Positions 10,282 to 21,915 of a stretch of DNA of 64,000 bases are shown one piece after another (positions within the stretch are counted from its first letter, which is position 1; each line of letters begins with the position of its first letter). Where the stretch lies: the NCBI GenBank assembly GCA_037443365.1, contig JBBIOM010000004.1:56272-120271 (forward strand). Reading direction: 5' to 3'. Both the position numbers and the translations under genes were made by a program. The notes under the pieces are model-generated. The model had not been told where the DNA came from, did not search any database, and saw only the letters and a program-made list of their open reading frames with translations. The stretch is from Armatimonadota bacterium (GTDB lineage Bacteria; Sysuimicrobiota; Sysuimicrobiia; Sysuimicrobiales; Humicultoraceae).

Positions 10282-11438
10282 TGCGGTCAGCGCGAGTCCA
10301 GCGAATCGGCGCTTACATGTTCGCCGACCTCGATCGCAGGCAGGCGGAGTTGCAGGCCAGGGGGGTGGACGTCATCAATCTCGGCGTGGGCGATCCCGAT
10401 CTGCCCACCCCGTCCCACATAGTCCGCGCGCTCGAGGAAGGCGCGCGGGATCCGGTCACCCACCGATACCCGCCGTACCGCGGAGCGGCGCAGTTGCTGC
10501 GCGCGGCGGCCGACTGGATGGGTGCGCGGTTCGGGGTGAAGGTGGATCCCGAGCGCGAGGTCCTGGTGCTCATCGGCTCGAAGGAGGGCCTGGCGCACCT
10601 GCCCTGGGCGGTGATGAACCCCGGGGAGGTCGCACTGGTACCTGACCCGGGGTACCCGATCTACCGCTCCTCGGTGATCCTGGCCGAGGGGGAGCCGGTA
10701 GCGGTGCCGCTGGAGGCCGGCCAGGGGTTCCTGCCCGACTTCGGGCGCATCCCCGGGCACGTCCTGGCACGCGCGCGGCTGCTCTTCCTCAACTATCCCA
10801 ACAACCCCACGGGCGCAACCGCAGACCTAGAGTTCTTCGCGCGCGCAGTCGAGTTCGCGCGGGCCCACAGGCTGCTCGTCGTGCACGACAACTCCTACTG
10901 CGAGATCGCCTACGACGGCTACAGGCCCCCGAGCATCCTGCAGGTGGACGGTGCACGCGAAGTGGCGGTAGAGATGTACTCGCTGTCCAAGTCGTTCAAC
11001 ATGACCGGGTGGCGTGTTGGGTTCGCGGTCGGGAACTCCGAGGCGGTGGACTCCCTGGGCATGCTCAAGACCAACGTGGACTCCGGGGTCTTCCAAGCCG
11101 TGCAGCATGCCGCGGTGGCTGCGCTCAACGGACCGCAGGACGTGATCGAGCCCACGCTCGCGACCTATCGCGCGCGCAGGGATCGGCTCGTCGCGGCCCT
11201 GCGCGCGGTCGGGTGGTCGCCGCCAGTGCCCAGGGCGACGCTGTACGTCTGGATGCCGACCCCAGGCGGCGTCCCGTCCGCGGACTTCGCCGCCGAGGTC
11301 CTGGAGCGTACCGGCGTGGTGATCACCCCCGGAAGCGGATACGGCGCTTGCGGCGAGGGGTATGTGCGCCTCTCGCTCACCACCCCGGACAAACGGCTGG
11401 ATGAGGCGCTTGGGCGCATTCGGAAGGCCTATGGATAG
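10281..11438 (+). CDS. dapL: Class I PLP aminotransferase, LL-diaminopimelate aminotransferase-like
   Basis: LGVGDPDLPTP, LIGSKEG, NYPNNPTG, SLSKSFNMTGWRVG. Confidence 0.8.
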   Translation: MRSARVQRIGAYMFADLDRRQAELQARGVDVINLGVGDPDLPTPSHIVRALEEGARDPVTHRYPPYRGAAQLLRAAADWMGARFGVKVDPEREVLVLIGSKEGLAHLPWAVMNPGEVALVPDPGYPIYRSSVILAEGEPVAVPLEAGQGFLPDFGRIPGHVLARARLLFLNYPNNPTGATADLEFFARAVEFARAHRLLVVHDNSYCEIAYDGYRPPSILQVDGAREVAVEMYSLSKSFNMTGWRVGFAVGNSEAVDSLGMLKTNVDSGVFQAVQHAAVAALNGPQDVIEPTLATYRARRDRLVAALRAVGWSPPVPRATLYVWMPTPGGVPSADFAAEVLERTGVVITPGSGYGACGEGYVRLSLTTPDKRLDEALGRIRKAYG

Positions 11439-11462
11439 GCCGCAGCAGGTGAGGGGGTCGGG

Positions 11463-13292
11463 ATAATCGCCGGCATCTGGGGACTGCCTCGCAGCGCGTC
11501 GCCGACCCACCGCCGGATGCTGGAGGCACTCACAAGGCGCAGAGCACCGGTGAACCGCCTGGCCGGCGCAGATGTCGTCGAGATCCTCGCGCACCTGGCC
11601 CACGCGATGCGCCGCGAGGTGGGCGTGCTCCTGGACCGCAACGGCGCGGTGGCGCACGGGATCGTAAGCCGGCGCTGGCAGCCCCTCGCCGAGGAGATGG
11701 CCCGGCAGGCAGGGGAGCGCCGGGCCTTGCTGCGGTACGTTGAGGCGCACCCTCACTCCGACGGCCGGCCCGACGAGGGCGACGCCCAGGCCCTGGAGCG
11801 TCTCGGGCTGGATCTGGTGGTCACGGTGGGAACCAGCCGCGGCCGCCCGACCGGCTTCTGGCTCCTCGAGCACGCCCGCGCCGGAACTGCCCAGGGCCGC
11901 GCCGCGACGAGCGTGGGCGGTCCATACGCGCTCGACTTGCTCGACGAGATGGAGCTGGGGCCGCTCGTACGCGCGGCCGACGCCGCCCGACGGCGGTCCG
12001 GCGCGCGCCCGACGACCGCCGCGCGTCCGGAGCGCGCGGTCCTGATCGCCCTCGACCGTTCAGGCGACGCGGCCGCCTCGCTGCAAGAGCTGCGCAGCCT
12101 GGCCATCACGGCCGGCGCAGACCCGGTCGCTGCAGTGATCCAACACCGCGCGCGCCCCAGCCCGGGGCGCTATCTGGGAAAGGGCAAGGTGAACGAGGTC
12201 CTGCGCGCCACCGAGGCGCAGAGCGCCGATCTCGTGGTGGCCGACGACGAGCTCACCCCCGTGCAGCAGCGCACGCTGGAGGACGATCTCGGGGTGAAGG
12301 TGCTGGACCGCACCGCGCTCGTGCTCGACATATTCGCGCGCCGCGCCCGCAGCCGCGAGGGACGGCTGCAGGTCGAGCTCGCGCAGCTCAGTTATCTGCT
12401 GCCGCGCCTGACCGGCCGCGGGGTGCTTCTCTCGCGGCTGGGAGGCGGAATCGGCACGCGCGGCCCAGGCGAGACGAAGCTGGAGGTGGATCGCCGGCGC
12501 ATCCGCGCGCGGATCACCGAGCTGACGCGCGAGATCGAGGACATTCGGCAGCACCGCCAGCGGCAGCGCGGGCCGCGACGCGACGCCGCCCTGCCCCAGG
12601 TGGCGATCGTGGGCTACACGAACGCCGGCAAGTCCACGCTCCTCAACGCGCTCACCGGAGCCGGGGCATTCGTGGAGGACAAGCTCTTCGCCACGCTGGA
12701 CCCGATGGTGCGGCGCCGGGTGCTGCCCGACGGACGGCCGATTGTCCTGGCCGACACGGTAGGCTTCATCCGGCGGTTGCCCACCCAGCTGGTCGCGGCG
12801 TTTCGCGCCACGCTGGAGGAGGTGGTGCAGGCCGACCTGCTGTTGCACGTGGCCGATGCCAGCCATCCTGACTGGCCGGCTCAGGTGCGGGTGGTGGAGG
12901 AGGTCCTGGCCTCGCTGGGAGCCGGAGGTCTTCCCGCGATCCTCGTCCTGAACAAGACCGACCTGCTGCCCCCAGAAGAGGTCCGCTCGCTGATCGCCGC
13001 GCACCCACACGCGGTGTGCGTCTCAGCGGCGCAGGGCCGCGGACTGCCCGAACTGCTCCTGGCAGTCGAACGGTACCTACCCGAGCCGTGGGTGAGGGTG
13101 CGCCTGCGCGTGCCCTACCCCAACGCGCGGCTCGCGGCGCAGATACACGCCCAGGGGAGGGTGCTCCAAGAGAGTTACGGGGAGGAGGGGGTCCTGATCG
13201 AGGCCGAGGTCCCTGGACCGCTCGCGGTGCAACTGCGCACGCTGCGGAACCCTAGGCGGAGTGCGCGAGCGCGCCGGAGGGCGTCAGACTAG
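11463..13292 (+). CDS. hflX: GTPase HflX, long form with an N-terminal extension (start possibly ATA/ATC at 11463/11466; first ATG at 11517)
   Basis: GGGIGTRGPGETKLE, GYTNAGKST, DKLFATLD, DTVGF, NKTD. Confidence 0.93.
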   Translation: MIAGIWGLPRSASPTHRRMLEALTRRRAPVNRLAGADVVEILAHLAHAMRREVGVLLDRNGAVAHGIVSRRWQPLAEEMARQAGERRALLRYVEAHPHSDGRPDEGDAQALERLGLDLVVTVGTSRGRPTGFWLLEHARAGTAQGRAATSVGGPYALDLLDEMELGPLVRAADAARRRSGARPTTAARPERAVLIALDRSGDAAASLQELRSLAITAGADPVAAVIQHRARPSPGRYLGKGKVNEVLRATEAQSADLVVADDELTPVQQRTLEDDLGVKVLDRTALVLDIFARRARSREGRLQVELAQLSYLLPRLTGRGVLLSRLGGGIGTRGPGETKLEVDRRRIRARITELTREIEDIRQHRQRQRGPRRDAALPQVAIVGYTNAGKSTLLNALTGAGAFVEDKLFATLDPMVRRRVLPDGRPIVLADTVGFIRRLPTQLVAAFRATLEEVVQADLLLHVADASHPDWPAQVRVVEEVLASLGAGGLPAILVLNKTDLLPPEEVRSLIAAHPHAVCVSAAQGRGLPELLLAVERYLPEPWVRVRLRVPYPNARLAAQIHAQGRVLQESYGEEGVLIEAEVPGPLAVQLRTLRNPRRSARARRRASD

Positions 13293-13901
13293 GCGCCTGA
13301 GCAAGGCGATCGCCTTGCCCTCAATGATGACGCCATCGGCGTAGGTCGGGGCCATGGCCGCGTTGGCCGGCTGCAGCCGGATCCGGCTGCCCTCGCGGAA
13401 GAACTGCTTCACCGTCGCCTCATCCCCCAGTCGCGCCACAACGACGTCGCCGTTTGCGGCGGTGGGCTGGCGCCGCACGACCAGGAGGTCGCCTTCGAAG
13501 ATGCCGGCCTCGATCATGCTGTCCCCGCGCACGCGCAGCAGGAAGGCCTCATCCCCGCCCGTCCACGCGGCAGGGACCGGCACGTAGTCCTCGATGTTCT
13601 GATCCGCGAGAATCGGCTCGCCTGCGGCCACGCGCCCCACCAGCGGCAGGGCGACCCCTGACTGAGGCCTGCCTGAGCCGGCGACGCCGCGGCGCAGTTC
13701 CAGGGCGCGCGGCTTGCTGGGATCGCGACGTATGTATCCCTTGCGCTCGAGCGCGGCCAGGTGACTGTGGACGGTCGAGCTGCTCGTCAGTCCCATGGCC
13801 AGCCCGATCTCGCGCACCGAGGGCGGATACCCGCGCGACTCCACGAACCGCACAACGAACGCGAGGATCTCCTGCTGTCGCTTCGTGAGCCCGGACGCCA
13901 T
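13284..13901 (-). CDS. lexA: SOS repressor LexA
   Basis: GYPPSVREI wHTH, VAAGEP cleavage site, GDSM (Ser) and TVK (Lys). Confidence 0.96.
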   Translation of the reverse strand: MASGLTKRQQEILAFVVRFVESRGYPPSVREIGLAMGLTSSSTVHSHLAALERKGYIRRDPSKPRALELRRGVAGSGRPQSGVALPLVGRVAAGEPILADQNIEDYVPVPAAWTGGDEAFLLRVRGDSMIEAGIFEGDLLVVRRQPTAANGDVVVARLGDEATVKQFFREGSRIRLQPANAAMAPTYADGVIIEGKAIALLRRLV

Positions 13902-13930
13902 GGCCGCCTCCTGGAGAGATCCTGGCTATG

Positions 13931-13969
13931 ATGATAGCAGACCCGGGCCCGCATGCAAACACGCGTTCG
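13931..13969 (-). promoter_or_regulatory. lexA promoter overlapped by a Gram-positive-type SOS box
   Basis: Minus strand CGAACGCGTGTTTG (13969-13956; GAAC-N4-GTTY) overlaps -35 TTGCAT; -10 TATCAT at 13936-13931. Confidence 0.7.
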
Positions 13970-14000
13970 GTGCTTGTGGGCCCAGGGGCGACCCCGGATT

Positions 14001-14028
14001 ACTTCGCATAATGTCTCTTATGTTAAGT
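14001..14028. other. dif: dif chromosome dimer resolution site (XerC/XerD)
   Basis: ACTTCGCATAA-TGTCTC-TTATGTTAAGT has the 11-6-11 dif architecture with a near-canonical XerD arm. It is an AT-rich intergenic spot at the gene-orientation switch. Confidence 0.88.
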
Positions 14029-14126
14029 TACGAGGAGAACGGGCGGCCGGGGCAACGGGCACGCGAAACTGCGTCCCTCCACTCCCGCGGTGATCGGCCC
14101 GCGCCGTCCTGCTAGCACCCGATCTG

Positions 14127-14918
14127 CTAGCGCCCGACGAAGCGGGGCGGGCGCTTCTCGAGGAAGGCGGCCAGGCCCTCGGCGTGGTCGGCGGTCTCTC
14201 CGGCCATCCCCTGCAGCAGGGCCTCGTTCGCCAGCGACTCCTCCAGCGAGGCGCTCTGGCTCACGTTGAGCGCGCGTTTGGCCAGGCCCAGCGCGCGCGT
14301 GGGTCCCTCGGCCAGGCGCGAAGCCAGGGCAAAGGCCGATGCCGCCAGGTCCTCGTGCGGAACCACGCGCGTCACCAGTCCCAGCCGGAGGGCCCGGGCG
14401 GCATCAATCGCCTCGCCCTCCAAGGCGGCCTCCAGGGCCCAGGCCATCCCTATCAGGCGCGGCAGGAGAAAAGTCGCTCCCCCATCCGGGATCAGGCCGA
14501 TTCGCGCGAAGCCCAGCACGAAGGATGCGCGGTCCGAGGCGACGCGCAGATCGGCGGCCATGGCCAGACTGAAGCCCGCACCGGCCGCGACGCCGTTGAC
14601 CGCAGCCACCACCGGCTTTTCGAGCATGCGCAGCCCGGCGATGATCGGGTTGAGGCGCGTGCGCACAATCGCGCCGTAGGAGACACCGGCGGCCGCCGAG
14701 CGGTCGCGCAGGTCCTGACCGGAGCAGAACCCCTTCCCGGCGCCGGTCAGAACGAGGCAGCGCACCTCCGGGGAGCGCTGCGCCAGGTCCACGACCTCGA
14801 CTAGCTCGGCCGCCATCTGCTCGTTGAGCGCGTTGAGCCGGTCGGGCCTGTCAAGCGTCACGGTCAGGACGCCGGCTTCGTGTGCCGTGATTAGCGTGCC
14901 GTGGGTGGGAAGCCGCAC
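14127..14918 (-). CDS. Enoyl-CoA hydratase/isomerase (PaaG-like)
   Basis: LDRPDRLNAL, FCSGQDL, GVAAGAG, GLIPDGG, AFLEKRPPRF; GTG start inferred. Confidence 0.88.
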   Translation of the reverse strand: MRLPTHGTLITAHEAGVLTVTLDRPDRLNALNEQMAAELVEVVDLAQRSPEVRCLVLTGAGKGFCSGQDLRDRSAAAGVSYGAIVRTRLNPIIAGLRMLEKPVVAAVNGVAAGAGFSLAMAADLRVASDRASFVLGFARIGLIPDGGATFLLPRLIGMAWALEAALEGEAIDAARALRLGLVTRVVPHEDLAASAFALASRLAEGPTRALGLAKRALNVSQSASLEESLANEALLQGMAGETADHAEGLAAFLEKRPPRFVGR

Positions 14919-14952
14919 GTGAGTCCCTCGTGTGGTGCGCGGCCAGGCCCTG

Positions 14953-15726
14953 TCAGCGGCCCTTCCAGGCCGGCTTGCGCTTCTCCAGGAAGGCCTGGAT
15001 GCCCTCGGTCTTATCCTCTGTGGCGAACAGCAGGTAGAACACCTTGCGCTCGTAGTCGAGCCCGTCCTCGATCGTGGTGTCGAAGGCCTTGAGAATCGCA
15101 TCCTTGGCCAGCGCCACGGCCACGGCGGGCTTCGACGCGATCTGGGCGGCCAGGGCCTTGGCCTCGTCCAGTACTGCCTCGTCGGGCACCACCCTTGTCA
15201 CGAGGCCCATGGCGTGCGCCTCGGCCGCGGAGAACGCGCGACCGGTCAGTATCAGTTCCATCGCCCGCGCCTTTCCCGCGGCGCGCGTGAGGCGCTGTGT
15301 GCCGCCCGCGCCGGGAATGATCCCTATGTTGATCTCGGGCTGCCCGAACCGGGTCCCCTCACCCGCGATGATCATGTCGCAGGCCATGGCCAGCTCGCAG
15401 CCGCCGCCCAGGGCAAATCCCCGCACCGCGGCGATGATCGGCTTAGAGAACTTGCGCACGCGCTCCCACTGCGTGAACCTGTACCCGGTGAGCATCTCCA
15501 CCGGGGTGGCCGATGCGAACTCGTTCACGTCGGCGCCCGCGGCAAACGCGCGCTCGCCTCCTGCCAGCACCACGCACCTGACCGCGTCGTCGCACTCAAG
15601 AACGTCCAGCGCGCTTGCCAGCTCGTCCATGGTCGCCCTGTCGAGGGCGTTGAGCACCTTGGGGCGGTTCAGCGTGATCACCGCCACGCCTTCGCTTGAG
15701 TCCACTAGGATGTTGCTGTAGGCCAT
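14953..15726 (-). CDS. Enoyl-CoA hydratase (PaaF/crotonase)
   Basis: AFAAGADV, ALGGGCELA, FGQPEI, PGAGGTQRL. Confidence 0.92.
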   Translation of the reverse strand: MAYSNILVDSSEGVAVITLNRPKVLNALDRATMDELASALDVLECDDAVRCVVLAGGERAFAAGADVNEFASATPVEMLTGYRFTQWERVRKFSKPIIAAVRGFALGGGCELAMACDMIIAGEGTRFGQPEINIGIIPGAGGTQRLTRAAGKARAMELILTGRAFSAAEAHAMGLVTRVVPDEAVLDEAKALAAQIASKPAVAVALAKDAILKAFDTTIEDGLDYERKVFYLLFATEDKTEGIQAFLEKRKPAWKGR

Positions 15727-15755
15727 GGTTTCGCCTCCTGAATCGGGGGACGTTG

Positions 15756-16382
15756 CTACCGGATGATGACCGCCGCGTACCCGGCGGCGCGGAGCCTTTC
15801 GGCCAGTTGCTCGGCAAGGACCCGATCGCGAAACGCGCCCACCCTCACCTTGAACAGGCCTTCCTCCGGCACGATGTAGGGACTGAATCCCGACATGCGC
15901 AACGCCCCGGCGAGCGTCTCCGCGTTGTCGCGGTGGGCAAACGCTCCTGCCTGCACCCTGTACAGAACGGCGGCCGCAGGCGTGGCCGGCGTCTCCGGCC
16001 CGGGCGCGGGCGTCCTATCAACGGGCGGCGGCGTCCGGTCCGCGTGCGGCTGGGTTTCCTCAGCGCGCGGCGTGGCGGCTGGAGGTGCCGGCTCCGGCGG
16101 GCGGAGCGTGGGTGCAGGCGGACTCGGCTCTGGGAGGCGAGGTGTCGCTACGCCGGGCTGCGGCGGCGGCACGGTGGGTGGAGGCGGCAGCGGCGGAGCA
16201 GCAGGAGCCCGAGGCGCTCCCCCGGGCAGCGGCGCCGGAGGCGGCGCCGGGACAACCCTCTCCGCCCCAGGAGCCCTGGGCCGTCCGCCGATGTACCTCT
16301 CGCCCACGAAGTATCCGACGACGAGTGAGCCGACGAAGAGGACGACGATTATCAAGCCTACCAGCAGCGAATTCGCTCGCAC
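15756..16382 (-). CDS. SPOR-domain cell-division protein
   Basis: N-terminal TM helix, Pro-rich linker, C-terminal YRVQAGAF...FKVRVGAF. Confidence 0.85.
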   Translation of the reverse strand: MRANSLLVGLIIVVLFVGSLVVGYFVGERYIGGRPRAPGAERVVPAPPPAPLPGGAPRAPAAPPLPPPPTVPPPQPGVATPRLPEPSPPAPTLRPPEPAPPAATPRAEETQPHADRTPPPVDRTPAPGPETPATPAAAVLYRVQAGAFAHRDNAETLAGALRMSGFSPYIVPEEGLFKVRVGAFRDRVLAEQLAERLRAAGYAAVIIR

Positions 16383-16427
16383 AGTCGGGCACTTCGGCGG
16401 GAGCCGGCGAACTCCTCCGGCGCAGGC

Positions 16428-19091
16428 TCAAGACGGCGCCCGCCCCAGGTCCCTGGCGTACCCTTCGAGGGCCTGCCGGCGCTCGAGCAGCTCGCGTTCG
16501 CGCCGGTGCTCCTCCTCCACCACATCGGGAGGCGCCTTGGCCAGAAACGCGGCATCGCCTAGCCTGCGCCTGATTCGCTCCAGGTCCGCCGTCACCCGGG
16601 CGAGGTCTGATCGCAGGCGCTCGCGCGCCTTTCCCCGTGCGGCCTCCGCCACGGTCAGCCTGATGCCGATCCCGCGCGCCACCGTGCCCACGGCACCCGA
16701 GGCGAGGTCCCCTCCTCCCTCCCCCACGATTGATACGCCTGGGGCCCGCATGAGCGCGCAGAGGTACTCGTGGTGCGCCTCCAGGAGGCTCCGTGCCTTC
16801 TCGTCGGCCTGCAGCACCGGGGCGCCGGCGGCGGCCGGCGAGAGGCCCAGGTCGGCGCGCAGCGAGCGCACCGCCCGCACTACTGCCACAAGGGTCTCGA
16901 CCTGTGCCTCTGCCACCTGGTCTTGCTCGATGCCGCTGGCATCGGGCCACGCCGACGCGACGATGCTTCGGCCCTCGTGGGGAAGCGACTGCCAGATCTC
17001 CTCCGTGATGTGCGGCATGATGGGATGGAGCAGCCGCATCGTCCCCTCCAGCACGGTCCACAGCGTCTGCTGTATCGCCTGACGGCGAGAGGGCGTCAGG
17101 TCTTCCCGGTAGAGGTCCACCTTGGCAAACTCCAGATACCAGTCGCAGTACTCGGACCAGATGAACTCGTACAGCCGCCGCGCCGCCTTGTCGAAGTCGT
17201 AGGCCTCGAGCATCGCCGTGACCTCGCCGGCGAGTCGGCCGTAGCGGCCGAGGATCCACCTGTCGAAGGTCCCCGGCGCGCCCTCGATGGCGCCAGCGGA
17301 CGGCCCGAACCCGTCCAGGTGCATCCGCACGAACCGCGCGGCGTTCCAGATCTTGTTGTTGAAGTTCCGGATGTCCTCGAGCATCTTCTCGCCGAAGCGC
17401 AGGTCCTGCTGCCCCTGCGAGCAGCGCAGGATGAGCGCGCAGCGCAGCGCATCGGCGCCGTACCCCTGTTCCACGTAGTCCAGGGGATCCAGCCCTGTGC
17501 CCAGCGACTTGCTCATCCGCCGGCCCTCCAGGTTCTGCACCATGGGGTTGATGTAGACGTCGGAGAACGGGACGTCGCCCATGAACTCGAGCCCGAACAT
17601 GATCATCCGGGCCACCCAGAGGAAGATGATGTCCCGCCCGGTCGCGAGCACGCTGGTCGGATAGAAGTAGGCGAGGTCCGGGGTCTTGCCCGGCCAGCCG
17701 AGCGTCGCAAACGGCCACAGCGCGGACGAGAACCAGGTGTCCAGAATCTGCTCCTCCTGGCGCAGATCCCCCCCGCCGCACTCGGGGCACCGATCGGGAG
17801 GGGTGCGCGAGGCGATCTGGTGGCCGGCCGCGCAGTGGTACACGGGAATGCGGTGCCCCCACCAGAGCCGCCGGCTGATGTTCCAGTCGTGGATGCCCTC
17901 CATCCAGTCCAGATAGACCCGGGCCCACCGCTGTGGGTGAAAGCGCACCCGTCCCTGGCGCACCGCCTCGATCGCCGGCGCGGCAAGCTCGTTCATGCGG
18001 CAGAACCACTGGTCGGTGATGTACGGCTCGAGCACGGTTCCGCAGCGCCCGCACGTTCCCACGCTGGTGGTGTAGGGCTCCTGACGCTCCAGCAGCGCCG
18101 TCGCCGCGAGGTCGCGCGCCACCGCCTCCCGGGCTGCGAACCGGTCCATGCCTGCGTAAACGCCCGTCTCAGCGGTCATCCGGCCGGCCTCGTCGAGGAC
18201 CACAAGCACCGGCAGGCCGTGCTGCGCGCCGATCTCGTTGTCGAGCGGATCGTGACCAGGGGTGATCTTCAGCGCGCCGGTGCCGAACCCCGGATCCACC
18301 CGGGCGTCGGCGATCACCGGCACGCGACGGTTGACGATCGGCACCAGCACCTCCCCCCCCACCCGGCCGCGGTAGCGCGCGTCGTCGGGGTGCACGGCCA
18401 CGGCCACATCCGCGAGGATCGTTTCGGGGCGCTGCGTGGCGATGGTGATCCCCGCCGTGCCGTCGGCGCCTGGATACCGCACGTACCACAGGGAGCTCGT
18501 CACAGACTGGTAGTTCACCTCGAGGTCGGACACGCTCGTGAGGTCCTTCGGGCACCAGTTGATCATGCGCTTGCCGTAGTAGATGTATCCCTTGTCGTAG
18601 AGGCGCAGGAAGCACTCGATCACGGCGTTGTAGTAGTTCGGGTCCATGGTGAAGGTCACGCGGTCCCAGTCGCAGCCTGACCCCATGCGACGGATCTGGG
18701 AGTAGATCAGCTCCCCGTATTTCTCTTTCCATTGCCAGGCGAACTCGAGAAAGCGCTCACGCCCGAGGTCAAAGCGGGTCTTCCCCTGCTTCGCCAGCTC
18801 CCGCTCGATGACCACGTGCGTGCCGATGCTGGCGTGATCGGTGCCAGGCAGCCACATCGCGTTGTACCCCTGCATGCGGCGCCACCGGGTGAGCAGGTCC
18901 TGCACGGCGTGGTTGAGGGCGTGCCCCATGTGCAGGGTTCCCGTGATGTTGGGCAGGGGCATCATGATAGTGAAAGGCGTTCGGGCAAGGTCTACCGGGG
19001 CGTGGAAGCAGCCCTCATCCAGCCACCCCTGGTATCGCCGCGGCTCCACATCCATGGGATCATACGGGACTGCCCGCGCTTCATTCGCCAT
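16428..19091 (-). CDS. valS: Valine--tRNA ligase
   Basis: PNITGTLHMGH, GTDHA, DWNISRRLWWGH, LDTWFSS, RMSKS; SD GGAGG before the ATG at 19091. Confidence 0.97.
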   Translation of the reverse strand: MANEARAVPYDPMDVEPRRYQGWLDEGCFHAPVDLARTPFTIMMPLPNITGTLHMGHALNHAVQDLLTRWRRMQGYNAMWLPGTDHASIGTHVVIERELAKQGKTRFDLGRERFLEFAWQWKEKYGELIYSQIRRMGSGCDWDRVTFTMDPNYYNAVIECFLRLYDKGYIYYGKRMINWCPKDLTSVSDLEVNYQSVTSSLWYVRYPGADGTAGITIATQRPETILADVAVAVHPDDARYRGRVGGEVLVPIVNRRVPVIADARVDPGFGTGALKITPGHDPLDNEIGAQHGLPVLVVLDEAGRMTAETGVYAGMDRFAAREAVARDLAATALLERQEPYTTSVGTCGRCGTVLEPYITDQWFCRMNELAAPAIEAVRQGRVRFHPQRWARVYLDWMEGIHDWNISRRLWWGHRIPVYHCAAGHQIASRTPPDRCPECGGGDLRQEEQILDTWFSSALWPFATLGWPGKTPDLAYFYPTSVLATGRDIIFLWVARMIMFGLEFMGDVPFSDVYINPMVQNLEGRRMSKSLGTGLDPLDYVEQGYGADALRCALILRCSQGQQDLRFGEKMLEDIRNFNNKIWNAARFVRMHLDGFGPSAGAIEGAPGTFDRWILGRYGRLAGEVTAMLEAYDFDKAARRLYEFIWSEYCDWYLEFAKVDLYREDLTPSRRQAIQQTLWTVLEGTMRLLHPIMPHITEEIWQSLPHEGRSIVASAWPDASGIEQDQVAEAQVETLVAVVRAVRSLRADLGLSPAAAGAPVLQADEKARSLLEAHHEYLCALMRAPGVSIVGEGGGDLASGAVGTVARGIGIRLTVAEAARGKARERLRSDLARVTADLERIRRRLGDAAFLAKAPPDVVEEEHRRERELLERRQALEGYARDLGRAPS

Positions 19092-19104
19092 CTGCACCCC
19101 TCCG

Positions 19105-19343
19105 AGAAACAACGACGCCGCTCGCCAAGGGCGAAGCGGCGCTCCGCGGTACCACCTTGATCGCCGGGGGACCGGCTCTCGCTCCCGCGCTATCGGGCGG
19201 GCCCGGCGATCCTTGCGCCGCCGTTGCGGCGGTTCAGACCGCGGCTTGGGGGCGACCTTCCGCCGGCCCGACCCCGGGAGGCCTCGCACCCAGTGGGCCT
19301 CCCTCTCTCCTGGCGCTGCCGGCGTACTCCTCCCCTTCTTCGC
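19105..19343 (-). ncRNA. T-box riboswitch (Val specifier) upstream of valS
   Basis: Stem I GA/AGUA/AG motifs, specifier GTC (19256-19254), T-box AAGGTGGTACCGCG (19158-19145), then a terminator hairpin with GTTGTTT. Confidence 0.9.
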
Positions 19344-19381
19344 GCGAACGTTCTAATACTACCACCGGACCCGCGACCGGT

Positions 19382-21829
<2,448 letters not shown>

Positions 21830-21915
21830 GCCTTCCTCCTCGAATGCAGCCTAACCATGAAACGAACGTTGGCAGGCATCTGTTCCCACGCCGCGGTGGA
21901 TCCCGCCCGCGGGGC

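Noticed and set aside
15960-16290. Low-complexity GC-rich stretch resembling a repeat array
   Set aside because: It encodes the Pro/Ala linker of the SPOR protein and has no fixed repeat unit.
19092-19289. N-terminal extensions in the ORF track (valS here; likewise tig, nifJ, icd and the 55149-57830 ORF)
   Set aside because: They run through a T-box, tRNA genes, promoters or a neighbouring gene. SD-supported starts lie downstream.
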